Shown piece after piece: positions 9,226 to 18,602 of a stretch of DNA of 64,000 bases. Within the stretch, counting starts at the first letter, position 1. Each line of letters opens with the position of its first letter. The DNA is from an uncultured delta proteobacterium. GTDB lineage: Bacteria > Desulfobacterota > Desulfobaccia > Desulfobaccales > 0-14-0-80-60-11. A program made the translations under genes and the position numbers. The notes below the pieces were generated by a model that saw only the letters and a program-made list of their open reading frames with translations, made no database searches and was not told where the DNA came from. Where the stretch lies: contig CAWETI010000002.1 of the NCBI GenBank assembly GCA_963812015.1, positions 32,001 through 96,000 of the forward strand, given 5' to 3'.

Positions 9226-10677
9226 CTAATTCAGGGACTGGTGGCCGAATCCCGGCGGCAGCGGCGCCGCAGGCGCCGGGGTCGGGGTCGGCTTCTGCCG
9301 CCCCTGCTCCAGCCCCAGCAGGTAGGTGTCAACATCACTGGGATCGATCCACTTATCCGTGGGCAACCGGGCCGCCCCCGGCGCCATGGGCTTCACCAGG
9401 TGGGGGGTCACCAGGGCCACCAACTCCGTTTCATTCTTCTGGTAGTTGGTGGAGCGGAACAGGACCCCCAGGACCGGGATATCCCCCAGCACCGGAAACT
9501 TGTTGATGACATTCCGGGTATAGTCCGACAACAGCCCGGCGATGGAGAAAGTCTGGCCGTCTTGCACCTCTATGTGGGTGTCCATCTCCCGGGTGGTCAG
9601 CCCCGGCACCGTAAAGCCCTGCAACTGAATCCCCAGGGTATAATCCAGCTCGCTGACGATGGGATGCACCTTCACCGCGATCTTGCTGTCGTTCAGCACC
9701 ACGGGGGTGAAATCCAGCTGGACCCCGAACTTCTTCCAGTCGATGGTGATGGTGGCCGCCCCGCCGATGCCGCTCTGGGGCACCGGCACGGGAAACTCAC
9801 CCCCCGCGATGAAGGAGGCCTTCTGGCCGCTGGTGGTCACCAGATTGGGCTCCGCCAGCACCCGGCCCAGGTTCTGCTGCTTCAGGAGGTCCAAAAACAC
9901 GGTCCACAGGGTGCCGGCCGCGGTCCAGCCCCCCATGGCCGTGATGAGGCTGCCGGGGCCCTGGGAGAAGGTGGTGCCCGGGGCGGCGGCGGTCCCGGTG
10001 AAGGTGCGCACCAGATTGCTGATGGGGGCCAGGCTGTTGATCTGGTTGACGCCGAAATTGCCGCCGGGGGCCACCGCGTTGAAGTTGACCCCGATCTGCT
10101 CGGCGATCACCCGGTTGATCTCCGCCACCCGGACCTCCAGCATCACCTGCTGCACCCCGCCCACGTGCATCAGGTTCACCACCTTTTCCTTCTTGCCGCC
10201 GGCATAAGGCATGGCCAGAGACAGGGCGGTGTCCTGGGCCACCGGCCCGGAAACTTCCCCGGACAGGACGATGGACTCACCCGCGGCCTCGGCCCCGATC
10301 TTTTCCTTGGGCAGGATCTGGTGGAGCTTCTCCTTCAACAGGGTCAGGTCGGCCTCCACCGTGACTGTGGCGGAGGTGAAGCGGGACTTGCCCCACATGG
10401 TGATATTCGTCACCCCCGGGGCCAGACCGTTGACATAGATCTCCCGCTCGTTAATCAGGATGAGATCGGCGACGTCCGGGTCGGCCACCGAGATGCGGGT
10501 GAGGCTGAACGGCGTACGCAACACCTTGGAGTGCCCCACCTGCAGACGCACTACCTGGGCGATCTCCTGGTTCTTCACCCGATCCAACAGGTCCGCCGCC
10601 GGGGCCGGAACCGCTCCCAGGAAAGCCAGGATTATCCCCCACCACAGCCACATCCACCTGCGGGCTGGTCTTCCCAC
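9226..10677 (-). CDS. cpaC: Tad/Flp pilus secretin (RcpA/CpaC)
   Basis: QVMLEVRVAEI, LAEPNL, SFIAGGEFPVP, FPVLGDIPVLGVLFRS, ETELVALVTP; N-terminal pilus-formation and BON-like region. Confidence 0.9.
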   Translation of the reverse strand: MGRPARRWMWLWWGIILAFLGAVPAPAADLLDRVKNQEIAQVVRLQVGHSKVLRTPFSLTRISVADPDVADLILINEREIYVNGLAPGVTNITMWGKSRFTSATVTVEADLTLLKEKLHQILPKEKIGAEAAGESIVLSGEVSGPVAQDTALSLAMPYAGGKKEKVVNLMHVGGVQQVMLEVRVAEINRVIAEQIGVNFNAVAPGGNFGVNQINSLAPISNLVRTFTGTAAAPGTTFSQGPGSLITAMGGWTAAGTLWTVFLDLLKQQNLGRVLAEPNLVTTSGQKASFIAGGEFPVPVPQSGIGGAATITIDWKKFGVQLDFTPVVLNDSKIAVKVHPIVSELDYTLGIQLQGFTVPGLTTREMDTHIEVQDGQTFSIAGLLSDYTRNVINKFPVLGDIPVLGVLFRSTNYQKNETELVALVTPHLVKPMAPGAARLPTDKWIDPSDVDTYLLGLEQGRQKPTPTPAPAAPLPPGFGHQSLN

Positions 10678-11294
10678 AACTCTATCCCCCCCTGTGGCTC
10701 GCTACTTTTGCCAAACTTCTTCGAGCCACATAAAGACCAAATTAATAGTAGTTTTATGATACCTAAGTGATTGAAAGGTTTTTGTCAACTTTTTTTTATA
10801 TAGAGGCAGACCAAATTAATAAGAAAAGGCATTTTTTTTAAAATTCAGTCAGTATTGAGTCGAATTTCATAAGATTTCGGTGTCCTGTAGGCCGTAGTGC
10901 ACCGAACGGAGAATAACCCGGACCTTTGAGCCTTGGCTCACGGTGACGGATGAAAGTGTCATGGTTAATTTCATAATAGCTTGTGACGAAGTAAACAATC
11001 CCACATCGGCATGGCCACGCCAAAAATGATATCAGCCCTCGGTTCCGGCTTAGGCGTTACCGATACAGGTTGGCAGTGAAAACATGACATTTTTTGACAA
11101 AAACATGTAAGGCGCCGCGTGAGGCCTCAGGCGAGTGCTCGCCGGTTTATCAGCCGGGGCAAGCGTTCTCGCCGGATAGCCAGACCCCTCACCTTATATG
11201 ATATTTTCAATAATACCCGGGTGTGAACCCGATGCAAATAAGTAGACGCTTGGCGAAAGCTATATTATAGTGTTATTCAAAAGTTGGGTTTGGG

Positions 11295-12155
11295 TTGGTA
11301 ATGGTGTGTGGCTTACAGGTCGCCCTGGTGCTCGGATTAACCGGGTTTATGCTGGGTCTTTTCCCTGGCCCACTAGGAGAGCCCCGTCCGGGAGAGGGGG
11401 GGGAGTGTGTCAGGGTGGCGCATCCCGCGGCCGCGGCCCCCAAAGCCGCGTCAGGAGATGATACAGGGCCATCGCCCCTGGCCGAGTTGGCCCAGCCGGG
11501 GAGTGAGCCCAACCACCCCGGCGAGGCATGGTCTGTAACGGTCAGGGGGCCATCCGGTCGATCTCCCCGGTTGCCGGCCCAGATTGTCAGTCTGGTCAAA
11601 CGCCAAAACCTGGCAAGGGTGATTGAGAAATACGCCCGGCGGTATGGCGTGGATGAAGACCTGGTGTGGGCCGTCATTCGCCAGGAGTCCGGGTTTAATC
11701 CCGATGCCGTATCCCCTAAGGGCGCCATGGGACTCATGCAGCTGATGCCGGGGACCGCGGCCCTGATGGGGGTATCCGACGCCTTTGACGTGGAGCAGAA
11801 CATTGCCGGCGGGATTAAATATCTCGAACGGTGCCTCAGCCAATTTAACCAGGATGTTTGCCTGGCCCTGGCCGCATATAACGCCGGGTCTGAGAATGTG
11901 GTTAAATACCAGGGGTGCCCCCCGTTTCCCGAGACGCGGCATTATGTCGCGACCATCCTCCAGGCCTATGCGGGGCAGACGATTCGAAAAGATTTTGAGC
12001 TTATCAGCTTAAGTCCGGTGGTGGACGAAGACGTTCCCGACACCCCCGGGCCCAGGGGATTAGCCTGGAAGATACCCCTGCCCCAATGGAGAATTGCACA
12101 ACCGCGCGCCAAGCTTACCCCTCCTCTCTGGAAAGTGCCCCTGCGCCCTTTCTGA
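11295..12155 (+). CDS. Lytic transglycosylase (SLT domain)
   Basis: AVIRQESGFNPDAVSPKGAMGLMQLMP and LAAYNAG motifs. Exact start uncertain. Confidence 0.9.
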   Translation: MVMVCGLQVALVLGLTGFMLGLFPGPLGEPRPGEGGECVRVAHPAAAAPKAASGDDTGPSPLAELAQPGSEPNHPGEAWSVTVRGPSGRSPRLPAQIVSLVKRQNLARVIEKYARRYGVDEDLVWAVIRQESGFNPDAVSPKGAMGLMQLMPGTAALMGVSDAFDVEQNIAGGIKYLERCLSQFNQDVCLALAAYNAGSENVVKYQGCPPFPETRHYVATILQAYAGQTIRKDFELISLSPVVDEDVPDTPGPRGLAWKIPLPQWRIAQPRAKLTPPLWKVPLRPF

Positions 12156-12276
12156 GCCATTGGCAGCGGGCCCGGCGTTGGGGGGTGGTCTGGCTGCGGC
12201 CCATCCAGCGCCACCGATCCTTTTCCCGGCTAGGCTGAGGATAGCGATAACTTTTCTTCAAAGGATTGAGGAAATT

Positions 12277-14697
12277 ATGCAGAAACAACCGTGTTCCTGG
12301 TGGAATAGAGTCGTCTGGGTGGTGGCGTTGCTGTTGGTAGTCTCCCTCTGGGCATGCAGTAGCATGGAGGAAAAACGCAATAAATTCATGGCTTCCGGGA
12401 AAGAATTATACCAGAAGTCAGACTATGTCAGGGCTCGCCTGCAATTCCAGAACGCCTTGCAGATTGACCCCAAACTTGCCGAAGCCTCCCTGTGGCTGGG
12501 CAAGACGCAACTCAAGCTGCAAAATCCCCGGGAGGCATATACGGCCTTGAATCTTGCCGTGGAGCAAGACCCCCGGCTCACGGAGGCCCAAATCCTTTTG
12601 GGGGAGCTTCTCCTGATGGCCAGGCAGCTGGATAAAGCCCAGGAAAGGTTAGAGATCGCCTTAAAGCAGGAACCCCGCAATACCGACGCCTTAGTGTTGG
12701 CCGCCGCCTTAGAAGCGGCTCGGGCCCGGACCCCAAAAGCCCTGGAGGTGCTGGCGGAAGTGCGCCGGCTGGACCCCGGCAAGATCCCTGCCTATGTGAT
12801 GGCGGCCTCCTTTCTGTCAAGAGAGCACAAACCAGAAGAGGCCGCGGCCATACTGGAGCAAGGCATTAAGGCCAACCCCAAATCCCTGAACCTCTATGTG
12901 GCTCGAGCCAGCCTGGCGGACCACCAAAAGCAGTTTGAGGTCGGAGAGTCATTTCTGCTGAAAGCCATCGCCCTGGAACCCAAGGACACCAACCTTTATA
13001 ATCAATTAGTGGGCCATTACCGTATGGCCGGGCAAGGGGATAAAGCTGAGGAGGCTCTCCGAAAGAACGTCAGCCTGGAACCGGATAACGAAAAACCGGC
13101 CATCCTGCTGGCGCGCTTCCTGGCCAGCCAGGGGCGGCGCCAGGACGCGGAGATCACCCTCAAAGATTTTATTAAGGGGCATCCGGACAATTATCCGGCC
13201 CGCTTTGCCCTGGCAGAAATTGATGTGGCTCTCAGGCGGCCGGACCAGGCCGAGCCGGTGTTGCAGGAAATCACCAAACTGGACCCTGAAGGACCTAACG
13301 GGGTTAAAGCCAAAAATGAACTGGCTCGTCTTAAGATAGCCCAGGGTCATATCGATGCCGGGGAGAAGCTGGTGAATGAAGTCCTGAAGGATCACCCGAA
13401 GGATATGAATGCCACCGAAACCCGGGGGCTCATCGCCCTGGATAAACAGGACGGCCTGACCGCGGTGAATAGTTTCCGTCTCCTCACCCAGGATCGGCCC
13501 CAAGACCCCCAGGCCTGGCTGCTTCTGGCCAGGGCCAACCTGCTTAATAAGGAAGAAGGATTGGCCAGGGAGAACGCTAAAAAAGCGCTGGAGATTAAGC
13601 CGGATTTTCTAGAGGCCAGGAAATTCCTCTATGGCATCTTTCTCCAGGCCAAGGATTATGACGGCGCTATCAATACTATCCAGGGTTACCTCCGAGTCAA
13701 CGGCCAGGACATGTTTAATCTGATAATCCTGGGGGAGGTCTATGGCCTCAAAGGCGACTATGGCCAAGCCAGGGCAACCTTCCAGAAAATCATTGATTTA
13801 GAGCCGAAGGACCCTCAAGGCTATTATCAACTGGCCCTTTTGGGGGTAAAGACCAAAAAGCCGGATGAAGCCCTCAGGTACGCTGGCCAGGCCTTGCAGG
13901 TACAACCCGGTTTCCTGCCCGCCTTGCAACTCCTGGCGGGCATCTATCAGGACCAGAAGCAGCCGGATAAGGCCTTGGCGGCAGTACGCCAGAGCCTGGC
14001 CCGCAGTCCCCAAAATCCGCAATTGCTCCAAATGTTGGGTGAACTGCTGTTGGTCCAGAACCAGCCCCAGGCAGCCATCGCCCCGCTGGAAGAAGCCCTG
14101 AACCTGAACCCCCGCCAGGTGGCCTCCCTGCAACAATTAGCTCTGGCCTACGAGCGCCTGCCCAATCCGGATAAGGCCTTGGCGCAACTTGAGGCAAAGG
14201 TGGCCGACCCCAAATCTTCCCCGATTTTCTCCCTGGTGTTGGCCACGGTCTATGAACAACAGCAAAAATTTGAACAAGCGATCAACCTGTATAGCAGCCT
14301 GGTGGCTCGAAACTTGTTTACCTCCCTGGCGGGTAATAATCTGGCCTACTTGATGGCGGAACACCAGCCCACGGCGGAAAATCTCATGCGGGCCCAGAAG
14401 CTGTCGTCTGAATCCCTGGAAGAGCACCCCGAAGAGGCCAGCTTTTTGGACACCCTGGGCTGGGTTCTCTGTAAACAGGAAAAATACGCCCAGGCCAAGA
14501 CCTACCTGGAAAAGGCGCTGGGGCATGACCCCAATCAACCCACCATGCTGTACCATTTGGCTTGGTGTGAAGCCAAACTGGGAGAAACGGCCGCAGCCCG
14601 GGCCGCTTTGCAGAAGGCCCTGGGCAGCAAGACCAAATTTGGGGAACGGGACGCGGCCCAAAAGCTGCTGGACGGTCTGCCCGCCGGCGGGAAATAG
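12277..14697 (+). CDS. Large TPR-repeat lipoprotein (PrsT-like)
   Basis: ATG 12277 after GAGG, lipobox LWAC, TPRs throughout, NNLAY...DTLGW C-terminal motif. Confidence 0.8.
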   Translation: MQKQPCSWWNRVVWVVALLLVVSLWACSSMEEKRNKFMASGKELYQKSDYVRARLQFQNALQIDPKLAEASLWLGKTQLKLQNPREAYTALNLAVEQDPRLTEAQILLGELLLMARQLDKAQERLEIALKQEPRNTDALVLAAALEAARARTPKALEVLAEVRRLDPGKIPAYVMAASFLSREHKPEEAAAILEQGIKANPKSLNLYVARASLADHQKQFEVGESFLLKAIALEPKDTNLYNQLVGHYRMAGQGDKAEEALRKNVSLEPDNEKPAILLARFLASQGRRQDAEITLKDFIKGHPDNYPARFALAEIDVALRRPDQAEPVLQEITKLDPEGPNGVKAKNELARLKIAQGHIDAGEKLVNEVLKDHPKDMNATETRGLIALDKQDGLTAVNSFRLLTQDRPQDPQAWLLLARANLLNKEEGLARENAKKALEIKPDFLEARKFLYGIFLQAKDYDGAINTIQGYLRVNGQDMFNLIILGEVYGLKGDYGQARATFQKIIDLEPKDPQGYYQLALLGVKTKKPDEALRYAGQALQVQPGFLPALQLLAGIYQDQKQPDKALAAVRQSLARSPQNPQLLQMLGELLLVQNQPQAAIAPLEEALNLNPRQVASLQQLALAYERLPNPDKALAQLEAKVADPKSSPIFSLVLATVYEQQQKFEQAINLYSSLVARNLFTSLAGNNLAYLMAEHQPTAENLMRAQKLSSESLEEHPEEASFLDTLGWVLCKQEKYAQAKTYLEKALGHDPNQPTMLYHLAWCEAKLGETAAARAALQKALGSKTKFGERDAAQKLLDGLPAGGK

Positions 14698-14770
14698 TCA
14701 GATTACGGGAGCCCCGCATCGGGAGAACCCCTCCCCCAAATAACTACATTTTTCAGGAGAGCGAGTCCCC

Positions 14771-16201
14771 ATGGTTGATGCTGCGACAATTCCCATTTAC
14801 GGCGTAATTCTGGCCGGGGGGTGGGGGACCCGGTTTTGGCCCCTGAGCCGCTCCCTTTACCCCAAACAGATCTTGCGCCTCCTGGGCTCGGAATCCATGC
14901 TGCAATCCACCGTCCAACGCTTGCTGCCGCGAATTCCCCCGGAGCGCTTGGCGGTGGTGACCAATGCCGACCAGGCCGGGCTGATTCACCAGGAATTGCA
15001 GCGCCAAGGCTGGGAGGAGGTCCGCATCTGGATTGAACCCGAGGGCCGCAATACCGCGGCGGCGGTGGGGCTGGCGGCGGTTTATTTGGGGGAGGAGGCT
15101 GATGAGGCCGTTATGGCGGTCTTCCCGTCCGACCATTTCATCCAAGATCAGGCCGGTCTGCTGCGGGCCCTGGACTTGGGCGCCGCCTGGGCTCAGGCCG
15201 GCTACCTGGTGACCTTCGGCATTCCCCCGATCCGGCCGGAGACCGGGTACGGTTACATTAAGCGCGGCAATCCCCTGGATGCAACGGGGGGAGCTTTCCG
15301 GGCAGTCCGGTTCATCGAAAAACCCCCCCGGGCCCGGGCCCGGGAGTTCCTGGCCGAAGGGGGCTATTACTGGAATAGCGGGATCTTCATGTTCCGCCGG
15401 GATGTTTTGCTGGAAGCCTGTTCCCGTTATTTGCCCGACCTGTACCGGGAACTGGCCCGGTTACAGGTCAAGGAAAACCGGCCCTCCCTTAAAGAGGTCT
15501 ATCACCATCTCCCCAGCATCTCCCTGGATCATGGCATCCTGGAGAAGGCCGAGAACGTGGCGGTGGTGCCGGTGGAGATGGGTTGGAATGATGTGGGGAC
15601 CTGGGAAGCCCTGCATGAGATCTTTCCCCAGGATGAACGGGGCAACGTGACCCTGGGCCGGGTAATGGACCAGGGCAGCCGGGACAGCATCATCTATGCC
15701 CAAACCCGCCTGGTGGCCACCATCGGATTGGAGAAGATCATCGTGGTGGATACTCCGGATGCCACCCTGGTCTGTCACCGGGATCGGGCCCAGGACGTCA
15801 AAGACCTGGTGACGGAATTGCACCGGCAACACCTGGTGGAGTCGATGCAGCATACTACCGTGGAGCGCCCCTGGGGCCGCTATACGGTCATGGACGAGGG
15901 GCTGGGATTTAAGGTCAAACGGATCGTGGTGGACCAGGGCAAAAAGCTCAGTCTCCAGGTGCACCAGCGCCGGGCGGAACACTGGGTGGTGGTCTCGGGC
16001 ACCGCCCAGGTCACCATCGGCCAGGAACTCAGGCTGGTGTCCAGTAACCAGAGCGTCTACATCCCGCCGAAGACTCCCCACCGCCTGGAAAACCCCACCG
16101 TGGAACCCTTGCAGATTATCGAGGTCCAGACCGGGGACTACCTGGAAGAAGACGATATCCTGCGCCTGGAGGACGATTACTGGCATCCCGACCAGGCCTA
16201 A
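14771..16201 (+). CDS. manC: Mannose-1-phosphate guanylyltransferase / mannose-6-phosphate isomerase
   Basis: ILAGGWGTRFWPLSR, EPEGRNTA, WNSGIF, C-terminal cupin RPWG...LSLQVH...EHW. Confidence 0.95.
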   Translation: MVDAATIPIYGVILAGGWGTRFWPLSRSLYPKQILRLLGSESMLQSTVQRLLPRIPPERLAVVTNADQAGLIHQELQRQGWEEVRIWIEPEGRNTAAAVGLAAVYLGEEADEAVMAVFPSDHFIQDQAGLLRALDLGAAWAQAGYLVTFGIPPIRPETGYGYIKRGNPLDATGGAFRAVRFIEKPPRARAREFLAEGGYYWNSGIFMFRRDVLLEACSRYLPDLYRELARLQVKENRPSLKEVYHHLPSISLDHGILEKAENVAVVPVEMGWNDVGTWEALHEIFPQDERGNVTLGRVMDQGSRDSIIYAQTRLVATIGLEKIIVVDTPDATLVCHRDRAQDVKDLVTELHRQHLVESMQHTTVERPWGRYTVMDEGLGFKVKRIVVDQGKKLSLQVHQRRAEHWVVVSGTAQVTIGQELRLVSSNQSVYIPPKTPHRLENPTVEPLQIIEVQTGDYLEEDDILRLEDDYWHPDQA

Positions 16202-16671
16202 AGGGTTACCGCGGTTATTAAACCGGACAGTGTTGTGTCTCAGGTCGATTGTTTCAAACCCTGAGGCACATAATCTTCCCCGCCCCTGGCGGGAGTTCCC
16301 CTGTTCCCCTCGCAAAAAACACCATTCCAGGGGGCCTGATTTGATTCTGCCGGGAAACATGCACTATAATATTCATCATGGGAACCTGGATTGCGGCCCC
16401 TTGGTTTGCTGGAATTCTTGCCCCCAACGTCGCCGGCCTCTGCCGATCATCTGCTCTGAGGCTGGGCGCCGGCCTTTCAATCAAGCGTCATGCACGTTAG
16501 ACCCGTGGCGGCATTTTCCGTAATGTCCGCCACCGCACCGATCGTAGCGCTTGTTGGTGAGGCGGATCGGCCTCCGGCTCACCCGGGCGAGTGCTCATCA
16601 GGTTTAAAGGAAGCGACGAAGGCCGGTGATCGCCTAAGGGCGATGCCGGTAGAGCGGCTTGGAGGCAGTCG

Positions 16672-18249
16672 ATGCGGGTTCTTTTGATCTACCCTGAATT
16701 TCCCAGTTCATTCTGGTCGTTGCAGCAGTCGTGCGAACTTCTGGGACGAAAAACTCTCATGCCGCCCCTGGGCCTCATTACTCTGGCGGCGCTCCTGCCG
16801 GGAGACTGGGAGTTGCGCCTGGCGGACTTAAACACGCGGCAACTCCGACCCGACGACTGGGACTGGGCCGAGCTCGTCATGCTCTCCGGCATGATCGTCC
16901 AGCGGGATGGTCTGTTTAACCTGATCCGGGAGGCCAAACAGCGGCACAAAACCGTGGTGGTCGGCGGCCCCTACCCCACCTCGGTGCCCCAGGAAATCAT
17001 GGAGGCGGGAGCCGATTTTCTCGTGCGGGGCGAGGGTGAAATTACCCTGCCGCTCTGGCTGGCGGCGTGGCGGGCCGGTGAGACCCACGGGGTGATCGAG
17101 CCGGACGGTAGGCCGGATATGGCCCTGTCGCCGGTGCCCCGTTTTGATCTGCTCAATCTGGACGACTATATCCTCGCGGGCGTCCAGACTTCCCGGGGGT
17201 GTCCTTTTAATTGTGAGTTCTGCGACATCGTCAACCTGTATGGTCGCAAGCCCCGTTATAAAAATCCCGATCAGGTTCTGGCGGAGTTGGAAACGCTCTT
17301 TAACCTGGGATGGAGACGAGAGGTTTTTTTCTGCGACGACAATTTTATCGGCAGTCAAACCCATGCCCGGGCCATCCTCAAGAAACTCACCCCCTGGATG
17401 GAAGGCCACGGGGAGCCCTTCAGTTTCTGGACCCAGGTGTCCGCCAATCTCGGGCATAATCCAGCCATGGTGGATCTGCTGACTGAAGCCAATTTCGGCA
17501 ATGTCTTCATCGGAGTCGAGTCTCCGGACGAGGCGGTTTTGGCCGGCAACCGCAAATATCAAAACCTGAAGGACCCCCTGGATCAATCATTGAACAACAT
17601 CAGCGCCAACGGACTGGGGGTGGTCCCCAGCTTTATCATGGGCTTTGATCAGGAGACCAAAGGCGCCGGCGACCGGATCTGCGCCTTCGTGGAACAGAAT
17701 AACCTGCCTCTGGTCATGCTGAACCTGTTGCAGGCGCTCCCCAATACCGCCTTATGGGACCGGCTCCAGGAGGAAAACCGGCTGACGGGAGCCGGGGTTA
17801 CCGCCGACATGGTCGATACGACCTTTAACTTTTTGCCGACCCGCCCGGCCGCCGAGATCGTGGCCGAGTACATCCGGGCGGTAGACTACCTTTACGAGCC
17901 CTCAAAATATCTGGCCCGGACCTACCGGTACTTTCTGGCCATGAGACCCACGCGCTCCGCCGCCGCCGAAAAGCGCCAGGGCCAGGGGAAAGGCAAACAG
18001 CAAAGCCGTTTGGCGAACAGGGTCCGGCGCGATATGGGCGCGTTTCTTAAGCTGCTCTGGCGACAGGGTGTCGTGGCCGGCTACCGGCGGCAATTCTGGC
18101 GGCAGTTGGTAGGAATGTACCGGCAAAATCCCAGCCGTATAGCCAAATATCTGGAAAAATTGGCCATGGGGGAAAATCTTTTTCGGATTCGGGAAAGCCT
18201 GCTGGCCCGAGCCGGCCAGTCCAGGCCTGGAAAGAGCTCCGGGGCTTGA
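16672..18249 (+). CDS. B12-binding radical SAM enzyme (DUF4070/HpnP-like family)
   Basis: PPLGLITLAA, GGPYPT, CPFNCEFC [4Fe-4S] motif, DDNFIG. Confidence 0.85.
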   Translation: MRVLLIYPEFPSSFWSLQQSCELLGRKTLMPPLGLITLAALLPGDWELRLADLNTRQLRPDDWDWAELVMLSGMIVQRDGLFNLIREAKQRHKTVVVGGPYPTSVPQEIMEAGADFLVRGEGEITLPLWLAAWRAGETHGVIEPDGRPDMALSPVPRFDLLNLDDYILAGVQTSRGCPFNCEFCDIVNLYGRKPRYKNPDQVLAELETLFNLGWRREVFFCDDNFIGSQTHARAILKKLTPWMEGHGEPFSFWTQVSANLGHNPAMVDLLTEANFGNVFIGVESPDEAVLAGNRKYQNLKDPLDQSLNNISANGLGVVPSFIMGFDQETKGAGDRICAFVEQNNLPLVMLNLLQALPNTALWDRLQEENRLTGAGVTADMVDTTFNFLPTRPAAEIVAEYIRAVDYLYEPSKYLARTYRYFLAMRPTRSAAAEKRQGQGKGKQQSRLANRVRRDMGAFLKLLWRQGVVAGYRRQFWRQLVGMYRQNPSRIAKYLEKLAMGENLFRIRESLLARAGQSRPGKSSGA

Positions 18250-18573
18250 CCGCAATACCGCAGGCGTCTTCGGGCTGGGCCCCAGCCTGACGGGACCTTC
18301 AGGCAGTGAGCCGTTGGCCGGGTGCCGACCCGTTCCCTTCCCCGGGCCATTGCCGGCAATCCCATCCCGGAGACCGGGATGGCCATCTTCCGGCAGGCAG
18401 GTCGCCCCCAGCTCATATCACAAGATTGTATTTACTTCTCATATATTTATGACAAAAATGTGCTAATTAACCGGAAAAAGTTTCCGGCAGCCAACCCCCG
18501 CCATTCCCCTCAGCGTTACTAAATCCAGCTCTCACCGCCCATCTCCGCCCGGCCCGCCGGTTCAGATTGCCCC

Positions 18574-18589
18574 AGGCATATTTCTTGCT
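18574..18589 (+). promoter_or_regulatory. Putative sigma54 promoter
   Basis: AGGCATATTTCTTGCT (GG-N10-GC), ending 14 nt before ATG 18603. Confidence 0.5.
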
Positions 18590-18602
18590 TCAATTTTGGC
18601 AT

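Noticed and set aside
9055..10770. Long antisense ORFs (also 3052, 27533, 39126, 52684 and others)
   Set aside because: Shadow frames of GC3-rich genes on the opposite strand, with no motifs.
10860..11200. Possible c-di-GMP riboswitch upstream of the secretin or SLT
   Set aside because: Only scattered short matches; the conserved core architecture is not recognisable.
16672..18249. Calling the gene hpnP
   Set aside because: The family is broad and there is no hopanoid gene context.
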